A stretch of DNA of 53,983 bases, taken from the NCBI GenBank assembly GCA_034669905.1, contig JAXMOL010000051.1, positions 1-53,983 of the forward strand, written 5' to 3'. The translations under genes and the position numbers were made by a program. This stretch comes from Candidatus Hydrogenedentota bacterium. Its GTDB lineage: Bacteria; Hydrogenedentota; Hydrogenedentia; Hydrogenedentales; JAEUWI01. Shown here in pieces: positions 40,907-50,599 of the stretch (the stretch's first letter is position 1; every line of letters starts with the position of its first letter). The notes under the pieces are model-generated. The model had not been told where the DNA came from. It saw nothing but the letters and a program-made list of their open reading frames with translations, and did no database searches.

Positions 40907-41986
40907 TTATGCTGCCGGGTCCCAAATGGTGGCGGAGATATACCGCTCTTCCTGGTCCGGGTGGTGAAAATAATAAATCGTGACACACTTGCCGTCGGGC
41001 CGTTGGACGGTGCGGGGATAGCCAATATCCCAACTGGCCCCATCGGCCCGAAGGATACGTTCCTTGCTCCAGGTCTGGCCGTTGTCTTCCGAAATGCGGG
41101 CGCGGATGCCAAAGGGGGCACTCCGCCACCCGTAGGCGAGGGCCAGATCGCCATTGGCCAATCGGTTCAGGGTTGCCGGGTTGCCCGCATTCTCGATGCG
41201 GGGATTTTCCAGCAGATACCAGGATTTCCCATCGTCGGGTGAAAGATAGGGCTCGACCCACCAGGATTTCTGGCCGTCGAATTTCCCACCCCGGCGAATG
41301 AAGCTCAGATAATTATCCCCGCCCAGGCGAATAGTGGCGGGCATAATGGCGTAGCCGTAGTCGGCGGGTGGCTCCGGGCCTATCCATCCCACGAGCTGCC
41401 AGGTGAGTCCGCCGTCTTCGGTGCGGATACAGAGGGGTTGCCCTTCATCGCCCCCGGTTTTCTGGGCGGCGATAAAGGCGGTGACCCGCTTGGGGCCCTC
41501 GACAATATAGTCCGTTCGGGCAAGAAGGCCGGGGCGGTCGAAGTCCGGTAAGGGATAGGGGCCGACCCAGGTCTTTCCGCGGTTCTGCGAGATAAACCAG
41601 TTGCCGCCCCGAAAATTCAGGGCCACGCCCTCGGCCTGGAAATTATAGGCCGCCGGAGGCACGTCCCCCTCCGGTGCTTCTACCGTGCGCGTCTCGATTT
41701 GCCAGGTTTCGCCCCCATCCATACTGCGGGCAAGGATATCGTCGGCTTTCTTCTCCCGATCGATGTCATGGCTTCCGCCGGGATCTTCTTTGTAGTAGCC
41801 GTGAACAATCCCCACCAGGATTTCATTGCCCCAGCTCCAGATGCCCCGGTTGGCCGGCCAGGCGGAGAAGCGCCCCGACTCTTTGATAAGGGTAACGTGT
41901 TTCTCTACGGACGGGTGCTCTTGCGCATGGACCGCCACGCTGAGCAGGGCACACAAGACCATTCCGGTTCCATATCGCATCATCAT
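40907..41986 (-). CDS. Exported BNR/Asp-box (sialidase-fold) protein
   Basis: Five Asp boxes: SMDGGETW, SQNRGKTW, TEDGGLTW, SPDDGKSW, SEDNGQTW; C-terminal GYP. Confidence 0.85.
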   Translation of the reverse strand: MMMRYGTGMVLCALLSVAVHAQEHPSVEKHVTLIKESGRFSAWPANRGIWSWGNEILVGIVHGYYKEDPGGSHDIDREKKADDILARSMDGGETWQIETRTVEAPEGDVPPAAYNFQAEGVALNFRGGNWFISQNRGKTWVGPYPLPDFDRPGLLARTDYIVEGPKRVTAFIAAQKTGGDEGQPLCIRTEDGGLTWQLVGWIGPEPPADYGYAIMPATIRLGGDNYLSFIRRGGKFDGQKSWWVEPYLSPDDGKSWYLLENPRIENAGNPATLNRLANGDLALAYGWRSAPFGIRARISEDNGQTWSKERILRADGASWDIGYPRTVQRPDGKCVTIYYFHHPDQEERYISATIWDPAA

Positions 41987-42076
41987 AGGATTCCTTTCGG
42001 TCGTCCGTTTGGATTCTGGCGATGTCGTCGACAACAGCCTCCCATCATACCCAATCGACACGGCATCCTGTCCAAC

Positions 42077-42113
42077 AAAAAATCCCCCGAATCGAATGAA
42101 CGACCCGGGGGGA
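42077..42113 (-). terminator. Intrinsic terminator
   Basis: TCCCCCG..CGGGGGGA stem with an A-run on the plus strand. Confidence 0.6.
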
Positions 42114-42136
42114 GGAAAAGGGAAATGTGCGCGTGC

Positions 42137-44170
42137 CTAGTTCAGGAAGCCATGATAGCGGGCCATCCAATAGGGCAGGAGATAGAAGGTGCCTTCGTGC
42201 TCGGTCCAGCCATTACCCTCCGCGTTGTCGAGCTTATAGGCATCCCGGTCCTGGCGGACGTGGGCCCGCTCGTCAATGGGCAGGGCTTTGCGATCCACCC
42301 GCGACCACCCCGCGTTGTTGCCGGCGAGCGGTGTGGGGTCCAGCTCCACATCCAGACGATGGGTGTTTTCCATCTTCCAGCCCAGCAGATAGATGGGCAT
42401 GCGCTGGAGGGTTTCCAGGGAGTCGGCCTCGGCCGCGTCGTAGGTCGAGAAACGCTTCACATAGTGGGGCGTATAGGGTCCTGCTTCGGGGTAGGCGCCG
42501 TCGAAATAGCCTTTTTTTGCCTCTTTTATGAAACGCTCGGCACCGGCGGCGTAGATATAGTTCCACAGCGAATTCTTCTGCTTGCTGCTGAACTGCCACA
42601 GGTCTTCCAGACTCTGGCGATAGAGGAGCAACAACTCCGGGTCATTCTCATAGTTCATCAGGCCGTAGAAACTGAGAAGGGCCAGGTTGTTATCCCAGGG
42701 CACCACGTTTCCCGGGGGGAAGGTGGGACGGGGGACCATGGCGTTGATGTGGTAGTGGTGTTCCTCGCGCAACATGGCGGCGACTTCGCCATAGTGCTCG
42801 TCGCCCGTGACGTGCTCGGCCACGCTGAGGAAGGAGAGCATCATCATGGAGTTGAGTCCCACCTGCGCCCAGCCATAGGGCGTGTAGAGGGCATCGGGAC
42901 CAAACCAGGCCCAACGGGTGGGCGTGCCGTCGTGATCGACCAGGGCGAAGTCATTGCGGATGAGGTGGTCGGTAATGTCGCGCACCACGTCTTGCGCCGC
43001 TTTTTTCTCGGCGTCGGTCTTGGCCACCAGGTCGTAGTAGATGGCATAGAAGAAATAGTGACCGGCCAACTCATCGGAGCTGGTGTCATTTTTCCACATA
43101 TACTTGCCATCTTCGCTCAAGGGAAAGCGGGGCGTAATCTGTTTCCAGAAGGCATCGCCTTTCTGTTTCTTGGCGTTGTATTCCGCATCGTATTGTTCAT
43201 TGACCGGGTCTTTCCAATCCGCAGGAATCAGCACGCGGGCCGGAAAGCCTTTCATCGACTCGGGCACGATGTCGACGAGGCGCTTGCAGGCGATAAAACT
43301 CCGTTCGGCCAGTTCGCGGGCCTGCGCGTCACCCGTGGCCGCGTATTTGAAGGCCATGGCCGCGCCGTACATGGCGGTATAGAGCCCGTCGTTGTCCGTA
43401 ATCTGTGGGACCGCCGTCGAGATATCCCCCTGCACTTCCAAATCCCAGTTGGTGATATAGCCATCCCGATTGTGACGGGCCTCCACCTGGGCTATGAAGA
43501 AATCGGACTTGTCTTCAAGGGTCCAATTGGCGCGCTTGATAAAGCTGACGCCTGTCTTGGTCTTAATCCAGGCGGAACCATCTTTTTCCACCACAATCCC
43601 CGACACTTCGTCATCGAGCAGCCAACGGCGTCCCGCGCGGTAGTTCCACGTCGTGCCATCGAAGCGAATCGCACCGCGCTCCGTGCCGAACCACACGGCA
43701 CCGTTTTCACCGGCGGCAGAGCAGGTGAAGTTTTTGTAGGGCAGGCCCTCGGCGCCCGTATAGAGGGCCCACTTCGTACCATCCCACACGCCGACCCCAT
43801 TGTCCGCACCAAACCAGAGGCGTCCCTGGCTGTCGTACACCACCGTGGCGACCTGGCGGGGGGCCCAGGAATACCGTTCATCGGCTGGATAGACCGGTGC
43901 ATAACCGGAACCATCCTCGGCGAGAAGATAGAGTCCCCGCTCGGTGCCGACGGCGGAGATGAGCTCGCTGCCGGGCTTGGCGGCTACTGCGAGCGTCGCA
44001 CCGGCACCTTCGATCTGCACATCCGGCTCGGAGGTCGGAAAAGCGACGGAGTCGGGCAGCTCGCTGGCCGAGGGGTAGAAAGACGGGTCTTCCTGGGCGA
44101 ACGGGGTGCTCACCACGTCCAGGGCCTGGGTGACCGTGGCCATGGTGAGCAGGGTAAGGGATAATAACAT
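42137..44170 (-). CDS. Exported protein: regulator-type beta-propeller repeats plus a helical C-terminal domain, function unknown
   Basis: AGGAG RBS; DSQGRLWFG, ENGAVWFGT, EKDGSAWI repeats; DNDGLYT and DTSSDE motifs. Confidence 0.75.
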   Translation of the reverse strand: MLLSLTLLTMATVTQALDVVSTPFAQEDPSFYPSASELPDSVAFPTSEPDVQIEGAGATLAVAAKPGSELISAVGTERGLYLLAEDGSGYAPVYPADERYSWAPRQVATVVYDSQGRLWFGADNGVGVWDGTKWALYTGAEGLPYKNFTCSAAGENGAVWFGTERGAIRFDGTTWNYRAGRRWLLDDEVSGIVVEKDGSAWIKTKTGVSFIKRANWTLEDKSDFFIAQVEARHNRDGYITNWDLEVQGDISTAVPQITDNDGLYTAMYGAAMAFKYAATGDAQARELAERSFIACKRLVDIVPESMKGFPARVLIPADWKDPVNEQYDAEYNAKKQKGDAFWKQITPRFPLSEDGKYMWKNDTSSDELAGHYFFYAIYYDLVAKTDAEKKAAQDVVRDITDHLIRNDFALVDHDGTPTRWAWFGPDALYTPYGWAQVGLNSMMMLSFLSVAEHVTGDEHYGEVAAMLREEHHYHINAMVPRPTFPPGNVVPWDNNLALLSFYGLMNYENDPELLLLYRQSLEDLWQFSSKQKNSLWNYIYAAGAERFIKEAKKGYFDGAYPEAGPYTPHYVKRFSTYDAAEADSLETLQRMPIYLLGWKMENTHRLDVELDPTPLAGNNAGWSRVDRKALPIDERAHVRQDRDAYKLDNAEGNGWTEHEGTFYLLPYWMARYHGFLN

Positions 44171-44470
44171 GTTTTAATTCTCCTGGTACTGCGATAAGGG
44201 TGGCCGGATTGAATCCGCCGGCCTTCGGCGACGTGTGTGGTGTCACGAAGATGCCACCGATGAACGGCGACCGATTTTGCATACACCGGTAGCCGGGGGC
44301 TATCTCCAAGGGAGACATGTACTTGTCCGAACGCGTCGACAGACCAAAGCGACGCTGGCGGGCACCTGGGAAGGCCAAGGTGCAAAATTGTTTACATGCC
44401 TGCGTCTATCATCCCTTTTTGGGCAGAGAATTGCAACCCACGGGCAATTCACGCTCGCCCCATTCTGAAG

Positions 44471-45988
44471 CTATTCGGCAAGAAAGGCGAAGAGATCGGC
44501 CTTTTCGAAGACGAACTCCAACCGCACAAGCTTTCCTTCCAACCCGGCCATCGTGCCTTCTTCCCAGGTTACTTTGTGGCGAATGGCATCGGCTTTCAGG
44601 GGCACGCAAGCCTCCCACGTGAGTCCGTTCAACACCTTCCGATCCAGGTCGGTGACCCGTACCTTCATGGAACCATCGGTCGCATCGGCGTTGATGACCA
44701 AATTCCCCCCGGGCCAGACCAGGGGCCGGGTGATGACATAGCTTTTTTGCCCCGTGGGATCGGACTGAATTCCGACAAAACGTTCTTTCCCGAATTTCAC
44801 GAGGCCCAACTGACCCGTACGGTTTTTCTCGTTGTGGTAGCCATCATAGGCTGAATAATAAACCCACCACTCGTCCCCCACTTCAATGACCCGATCGCAG
44901 GCGAAGGTCATGCCGTCATCCCAGGTACCTGCTTCCCCCACGGGGATCATCCGGGGACGGGAAGGCAGCCGTTCCCAATCGAAGCCATCACGACTGAAAG
45001 CCAGTTCCACTTCGATGAGTTCCGGGTCCTCATTGTACTGCTCGAGGAAACCCCAATAGACGCCGCCCTCTTTGAAAACGGGCATGTTATAAAAGCGCCC
45101 CTTATCGGCTTCGTCGGGTAACAGTACGGTCGTGGGCATTCCGTCCCACAGGGACCACAGATCGGCACTCGCAATGCGGGCCATCATCCGGGTATTCCCC
45201 CGCAACAGCGGATCTTTGGAATCGTGGTAGATGAGTTTGTTCCGGTAAAACATGCAGTATTCGTTGCGCACATCGTCATGCACGAGGGTCATGAAGCAAT
45301 CCACCCGATTGGGGATGAGCTTCTCCTGCCGCAGGGCCCAGTTGTATCCGTCTTGCGAGGTAGCGAGATAATGGCCGCTGTCACAGTAGTACATGAGGTA
45401 GGGATTTCCCCGCAACGCTTCTTTGGGCAGCATCCCCAGATTGCGCACCGGCGTACCATTTTCCATCGTACCCGCCGTCTCGGCAAGATGGACGGTCGGG
45501 GCCTTGGCTTCTTTCTCTCCCACCGCGAGGATGTTGGACGCCTTACCCTCAAAGGGCACGAAATCGAAGAGGGGCTTTTCCCAGTGTATCCCGTCGGCCG
45601 ACTCCGCGTAGCAGGTGGTGTACGTGGGGAGACCACCCACCGTGTCTTTCGGGTTCCAGACCTGATAATACAATCGAAAGCGTTTGATGGCAGGGTCGAA
45701 TACCATGGAGATATAGCCCACCCCCGCAGCCTGCTCCCAGGGCTTATCGACGTCGGGGCCCATCAGCGGGGTGGCGATTCGCTCGCCAGGGAAAAAGCGC
45801 TGCGTCACCTTGGCGGATATGGAATCTTCGTTGAAGCGGTTGTCTACGAAGTAATCGTCCACAAAAAACTGGGCCTGCCCCACAGGAAAGGTACGCACCA
45901 GACTACCCCGTGCGTCGGGGTGACTGTCCGCCCCATCGGCACCCAACAGTGCCCCGACTACCATCACTACGCACATTGAAATAGACAT
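44471..45988 (-). CDS. Exported glycoside-hydrolase-like propeller protein, similar in type to 33032-34537
   Basis: GAGGAG RBS; SADGIHWEKP, SQDGYNW, SRDGFDW; ITRPL..NLVINADA C-terminal pattern. Confidence 0.72.
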   Translation of the reverse strand: MSISMCVVMVVGALLGADGADSHPDARGSLVRTFPVGQAQFFVDDYFVDNRFNEDSISAKVTQRFFPGERIATPLMGPDVDKPWEQAAGVGYISMVFDPAIKRFRLYYQVWNPKDTVGGLPTYTTCYAESADGIHWEKPLFDFVPFEGKASNILAVGEKEAKAPTVHLAETAGTMENGTPVRNLGMLPKEALRGNPYLMYYCDSGHYLATSQDGYNWALRQEKLIPNRVDCFMTLVHDDVRNEYCMFYRNKLIYHDSKDPLLRGNTRMMARIASADLWSLWDGMPTTVLLPDEADKGRFYNMPVFKEGGVYWGFLEQYNEDPELIEVELAFSRDGFDWERLPSRPRMIPVGEAGTWDDGMTFACDRVIEVGDEWWVYYSAYDGYHNEKNRTGQLGLVKFGKERFVGIQSDPTGQKSYVITRPLVWPGGNLVINADATDGSMKVRVTDLDRKVLNGLTWEACVPLKADAIRHKVTWEEGTMAGLEGKLVRLEFVFEKADLFAFLAE

Positions 45989-46240
45989 GTTGTCTCCTCA
46001 GGGTTCCCTTTTACTGCACGCCAAACAGAAAACAGCATGGCACGCGACGGCCCCATGACGCAACGGGAGCGTATGACACCTTGCTACTGTGCCACGTCGT
46101 AGACGCGCCGTAGGAGGGCGATGCCGAGGTTAGGCCGTCAGTCTGTTCACCGCCAAAAAAACCTGCTCAATTCGTACGGTCTCTAAATCCAGTCATGAAG
46201 ACAGACACCGGCATGGTGAATACGATGCCTAAACACTTTA

Positions 46241-46412
46241 CGCCTTTGGGTGAGATTAAACCACTGCATACTCAGCGCAGTGGAATGGACTTGGCACGCT
46301 GTATCTTCGACCAATAGGTTTCTGAACCAACAGCAACACAAAAAGGATAGGCACGCAAAGGCGCTAAGACGCAAAGAAGAAAACTCCCCGACCAATGGCG
46401 CCCTATGTCCAC
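46241..46412. repeat. Downstream copy of the ~170-bp diverged direct repeat flanking the GxxExxY gene
   Basis: Aligns ungapped with 46857 onward (offset 616): 100 of 137 positions identical by hand count. Confidence 0.88.
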
Positions 46413-46420
46413 TCTCCGAA

Positions 46421-46804
46421 TTATTCTTCCAATCCGTTCACGATTCGAAAAATCCCATCCTTCATTCGTTCGGCCCCAAAATTCAACAGCAGGCCCAGAC
46501 GCTTATCCATCAGGCGTGCATAGGTCAGTGTCTGCTTCTTATGCACTGGAACGATATGCTCCACGGACTTCAACTCCAGTACCAGCAAGTCTTCGACAAT
46601 GACATCCGCCCGAAATCCCTCGTCAAATTTCAGCCCATCATATTCAATGGGAACGGGCACTTGCCGCTTCGTTCGAATCCCCCGTTTCTTTAACTCGTGG
46701 CACAACACGACTTCATAAATTGATTCCATCAATCCCGGCCCAAGTGCCACGTGAATCTTGTACGATCCATCCACAACCGCCGTTGCCAGTGAGTTTTCCG
46801 TCAT
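46421..46804 (-). CDS. GxxExxY protein (PD-(D/E)XK-like nuclease fold)
   Basis: LGPGLMESIYE signature; FRADVIVEDLLVLELKS; QTLTY..GLLLNFG; GAGG/AGGA RBS. Confidence 0.95.
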   Translation of the reverse strand: MTENSLATAVVDGSYKIHVALGPGLMESIYEVVLCHELKKRGIRTKRQVPVPIEYDGLKFDEGFRADVIVEDLLVLELKSVEHIVPVHKKQTLTYARLMDKRLGLLLNFGAERMKDGIFRIVNGLEE

Positions 46805-46843
46805 TATCCTATCCTCTCACATTTATCTGGTTGCCGCACCACG

Positions 46844-47027
46844 CTTTGCGCCTTCGCGCCTTTGCGTGAGATTAAATTGCCGTGTATTCAGCACACCGGA
46901 CTGAATCCGGCCCTCCGCTTCGCTGACCTACGAGTTCTTAAGCCAACTGCAACACGAAAGGGATTGGCACGCAAAGGCGCTACGACGCAAAGAGAATAGT
47001 CCCCGAGCAACACCACCCTATGCCCAC
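46844..47027. repeat. Upstream copy of the GxxExxY-flanking repeat, with a 25-bp inverted motif pair
   Basis: CTTTGCGCCTTCGCGCCTTTGCGTG (46844-46868) and CACGCAAAGGCGCTACGACGCAAAG (46968-46992) are inverted with 3 mismatches. Confidence 0.88.
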
Positions 47028-47030
47028 CCC

Positions 47031-48302
47031 CTACTCCGGCAGTTCCGGCGGGGTCTCGATAACGGTGGTCTCCCGTCCGTCCCGAATTTTCTCAATTCGC
47101 CATTCGGCCTTCTCCACCGCCTCGTTGCCTTCGTGTATACCGAAGTCGAGGGTAAAGCTGCGGGTCTCCCCGGGCGCCAGTTTGGGAACACGCCCGAAGG
47201 CCCGTTCCACACGGCGGTTAAAGGGATAGCTCATGGCGGGTTCAATACCGGTGACATAGCCATCCGCTTCGGCCACCGTGTTTTTCCACAGGGCGAGATA
47301 GGGCAATTCGGCGATGTTCCAATGGATGGAAGCTGCCCGGGTTCCGGCACGGTTTTTCAATAGCGCACCACACTGGCCGTTCTTATCCGACCAGGGCTCC
47401 ATCAAGTACACTTCCTCAATAAAACCCGGTGTGGGTCCTTCATAGTGCCGATACCGCGAGAGCCCATTGGCAGCATGGGCGTTCATCGGCATGATTTGTT
47501 TCGCCGCCGTTACAAACTCGGCCCCCGCCTCCAGGAGCGGTGCGCCGAAATTGCCGTGGTAGATCAACTGAAACTCCTGGGGGGCCGCACCATGATTGGT
47601 CACTTCATCGTGGATGCGAAAGGTATCACTGCCGGGCTCGGTGGACACTTCGGTGACGAGTCCAAGTTTCGGCCCGAAGAACAACCGTTCATGGACTACC
47701 CCCCGAATAGTAATGCGGTAGGGGGGCGCCCGCTCGACCAGTACTTCCACCTCCGAAGCGGGGATGTTGCCAATCTTTCCGTGGAGCGTGAGATCCATCT
47801 CTGCAGTATCGCCCGTGTTGGTCGTGAACTGATCCCGGCCCGGATGGCCAGCAAACTCGAGGCCGCAGCGCACCATCCACTCGTTGAAGCCCTCCAGCCA
47901 ACCCAGTCCGCCCCGGCTCTCCAGGTCGATAAACTGGGGATGAACCAGCTCCTTGACGGGCGAATCCCAACCGAGCCGCACGTCGCCTTTGGTCACCTGG
48001 AAGATGCTCATGCCCCGGGTAGGTACCACCACAAGCTGCAACACGCCGTTGTCTAAGGTGATGAGCTCGACCCCCTCTTGCTTTCCACCATGGAGCGTCC
48101 TTTTGCTGAGGCTCCACGGTACGCTGGCCGGGGTGATATCTTCGCTGGAAAGTGATATTCCGTCCGTAGCCCGATTTTCCGCGACACTCGTGATGGTATA
48201 GCGAACAACATCACCCTGCGCCTCCACGGCCCCACTCCACCACAATCCCAGTCCAACGGCGATTCCGAAAATACAATGTTTCATGCCTTGCAACTCCTGC
48301 AT
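47031..48302 (-). CDS. Aldose 1-epimerase family protein (DUF4432), probably exported
   Basis: LHGGKQEGV, PTRGM, TLHGKIGN, YHGNFG, YVTGIEP; signal peptide from alternative start 48284. Confidence 0.85.
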   Translation of the reverse strand: MQELQGMKHCIFGIAVGLGLWWSGAVEAQGDVVRYTITSVAENRATDGISLSSEDITPASVPWSLSKRTLHGGKQEGVELITLDNGVLQLVVVPTRGMSIFQVTKGDVRLGWDSPVKELVHPQFIDLESRGGLGWLEGFNEWMVRCGLEFAGHPGRDQFTTNTGDTAEMDLTLHGKIGNIPASEVEVLVERAPPYRITIRGVVHERLFFGPKLGLVTEVSTEPGSDTFRIHDEVTNHGAAPQEFQLIYHGNFGAPLLEAGAEFVTAAKQIMPMNAHAANGLSRYRHYEGPTPGFIEEVYLMEPWSDKNGQCGALLKNRAGTRAASIHWNIAELPYLALWKNTVAEADGYVTGIEPAMSYPFNRRVERAFGRVPKLAPGETRSFTLDFGIHEGNEAVEKAEWRIEKIRDGRETTVIETPPELPE

Positions 48303-48350
48303 TGTGCTCCGTGGTCAGTCAATCCCCATCGGACGACTTATTCCATTGTG

Positions 48351-49211
48351 TCACTGCGTTCCAAAGACTTCCTCCAAGGCAGCCCGCATAACTCCGGCGT
48401 CGGCATCCACCCCGGTCCAGTATTTGATCCCGATGACCCCTTGGTTCACCAGCATTTCCAGGCCGTCAATGACCTGACAGCCCCGGGCCTCTGCCGCTTT
48501 CACGAGGTTGGTTTTCGGGGGGTTGGGAATCACATCCGCCACCAACATGGATGGGGTTAATGTCTCGACATTCAGGGCCAAACGGGCGTCCACATCGGGG
48601 AACAGGCCAATGGATGTGGCATTGATTACAATATCTGTCCCCTCGGGAATGTTGAAGTCCCCCTCCCAGGGCACAAAGACCGCTTCGGCAGGCACATTCT
48701 CGTTGAGCAGGGCGACCAATTCTTCGCCCCGTTCCACCGTGCGATTCACGATAGTCACGTGCGCCGCGCCTGCGAGGGCCACTTCCACACTGATGGCCCG
48801 GGCCGCGCCACCGGCACCAAAAATGACTACCCGACTCCCTTTGGGGTCGCGCAGCTTCATCAGGCCTTCCACGAATCCTTTGCCGTCGGTGTTTTCGCCG
48901 ATGAGCTTGCCATCACGGCGCACCACACAGTTTACCGCTCCCATCACGGAAGCCGATTCACCAAGGCCGTCCAAATGTTGGATAACGTTTATTTTGTGGG
49001 GGATGGTGCAATTGAAACCCGCAAAGTTCATGGCCCGCACGCCCCGCACCGCGTCGGCCAGTTTTTCTTCCGGCACTTCGATGGTCAGGTAACGCCACTT
49101 CAATCCATGGTGTTTGTAGGCCGCCTCCACCATGACCACGGTGGGGTTCTCCGCGACCGGATTGCCAAAACACGCCGTCAGTTCTTCGAGAAAATTCAAT
49201 GCGTCTGCCAT
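48351..49211 (-). CDS. Shikimate dehydrogenase (AroE) family oxidoreductase with an atypical substrate site
   Basis: NCTIPHK, GAVN, NTDG, GAGGAARA, NRT, GLEMLVNQG; AGGA RBS. Confidence 0.88.
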   Translation of the reverse strand: MADALNFLEELTACFGNPVAENPTVVMVEAAYKHHGLKWRYLTIEVPEEKLADAVRGVRAMNFAGFNCTIPHKINVIQHLDGLGESASVMGAVNCVVRRDGKLIGENTDGKGFVEGLMKLRDPKGSRVVIFGAGGAARAISVEVALAGAAHVTIVNRTVERGEELVALLNENVPAEAVFVPWEGDFNIPEGTDIVINATSIGLFPDVDARLALNVETLTPSMLVADVIPNPPKTNLVKAAEARGCQVIDGLEMLVNQGVIGIKYWTGVDADAGVMRAALEEVFGTQ

Positions 49212-49227
49212 TCGTTTCCTGCTTTCC

Positions 49228-50580
49228 TTAGGCTTTAACGAGACGCTCTTTCAGTTTTTCCAAGAGCACCGCCAGGAGAATAATCCCCCCGAAAACGATG
49301 TATTGGTTGAAAGGCTTCACGTTGGTTAAGTTCATTCCGTTGCGCACCACCCCGATGATGAAGGCGCCAATGAGGGTCCCCAGGATTCGGCCCTGTCCCC
49401 CTGCCAATGACGTGCCCCCCACCACCACGGCGGCAATCACATAGAGTTCATAGAGTTGGCCCGTCTTGGGATCGCCACTCTTCAGTTCCGAGGCCATCAC
49501 AATACCGCCGAGTCCTGCCAGGAGTCCGCAAATGGTATAGACGGCCACCAGGACCCGATTGACAGGTACGCCCGAGAGCCGTGCGGCCTCGAGATTGCCT
49601 CCTACGGCATAGATGTAGCGCCCGAGACGGCTGTAGTTCATGAGCACATAGGCGCCCGCATAAAAAAGCACCATGAGGAGAACCGACAGGGGAAATCCCC
49701 CCACATCCTGATGGCCCAACCACGAAAAGGAATCGGGAAGACTGCCGAGGGCCTGTCCGCCGGTGGCCTTGTAGGCCAGTCCCCGCGCGATCAGCATAAT
49801 CGCGAGGGTCACGATAAAGGCGGGAATCTGAAACACCGTTAACATCACGCCGGAGAACAGTCCGATACAACCACACAGCAGAATCGCGGCACCACAGGCG
49901 CCCACCACGACCCCGAGGCCCACGTCAGCCGGCGTGCCTTCCCCAGCCGCCCAATGAATTAACGCGGCAGCGCTGCAGGCCGACAGGGCGATGAGGCTGC
50001 CCACCGACAGGTCGATGCCCGCCGTAATGATGACCATGGTCATGCCGATAGCGATGAGGGCAATTACCACGATCTGGGTGGCCACGTTGAGCAAGTTACC
50101 CTGGGTCAGGAATACGGGCCATGTCTCTCCCGGCGGGTGGACAAAGGGCACCTCGGCCAGGTCGGGATGTATTTTTGCCAGACTCGCCGACAAAAACACA
50201 TCGCTCCCCGCCGCCTGGGGCCCTGCAATGACCCGGGGAAGGGTCTGGGCATCCACCAGCGCCTCGAGGGAACGGCGCGCATCGGCCGGGGTCCCCTGGG
50301 TTTCCCCCACCACCACACCGCCTTCCGATTCGAGGCGCTGCCGAAAGACCGAAGCAAATTCGGTTCCTTCCGCAGAATCGCGGGTAGCCAGCAGAACGGG
50401 CACACCGGCACCAAAGTCCGCCACGACCTGTTGAGCCAGGGCACGGGCGGCACTGCCGTGTTCCGGATAACCGACGCGAATGGTTGCCATACTGAACCCG
50501 GCACCCAGCGCCAGCAAGACGAAAATCATGCCGTAGTCGAGGGCCAGTTGCTTGTAGCGGGCTGGAGCAAGTCGTGACAT
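49228..50580 (-). CDS. Sugar ABC permease (RbsC-like) with an inserted extracytoplasmic domain
   Basis: GIDLSVGS, IPAFIVTL, GRYIYAVGGN.EAARLSG, YEL.VIAAVVVGGTSL.GG.G. Confidence 0.9.
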   Translation of the reverse strand: MSRLAPARYKQLALDYGMIFVLLALGAGFSMATIRVGYPEHGSAARALAQQVVADFGAGVPVLLATRDSAEGTEFASVFRQRLESEGGVVVGETQGTPADARRSLEALVDAQTLPRVIAGPQAAGSDVFLSASLAKIHPDLAEVPFVHPPGETWPVFLTQGNLLNVATQIVVIALIAIGMTMVIITAGIDLSVGSLIALSACSAAALIHWAAGEGTPADVGLGVVVGACGAAILLCGCIGLFSGVMLTVFQIPAFIVTLAIMLIARGLAYKATGGQALGSLPDSFSWLGHQDVGGFPLSVLLMVLFYAGAYVLMNYSRLGRYIYAVGGNLEAARLSGVPVNRVLVAVYTICGLLAGLGGIVMASELKSGDPKTGQLYELYVIAAVVVGGTSLAGGQGRILGTLIGAFIIGVVRNGMNLTNVKPFNQYIVFGGIILLAVLLEKLKERLVKA

Positions 50581-50599
50581 GGTGTGCACAGCCTTCCAC

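Noticed and set aside
41699..44164. 821-aa plus-strand ORF
   Set aside because: Antisense shadow of the 42137-44170 gene, typical of high-GC codon bias.
46241..47027. DGR template/variable repeat pair
   Set aside because: Differences are not adenine-specific, neither copy lies in a CDS, and no reverse transcriptase is present.
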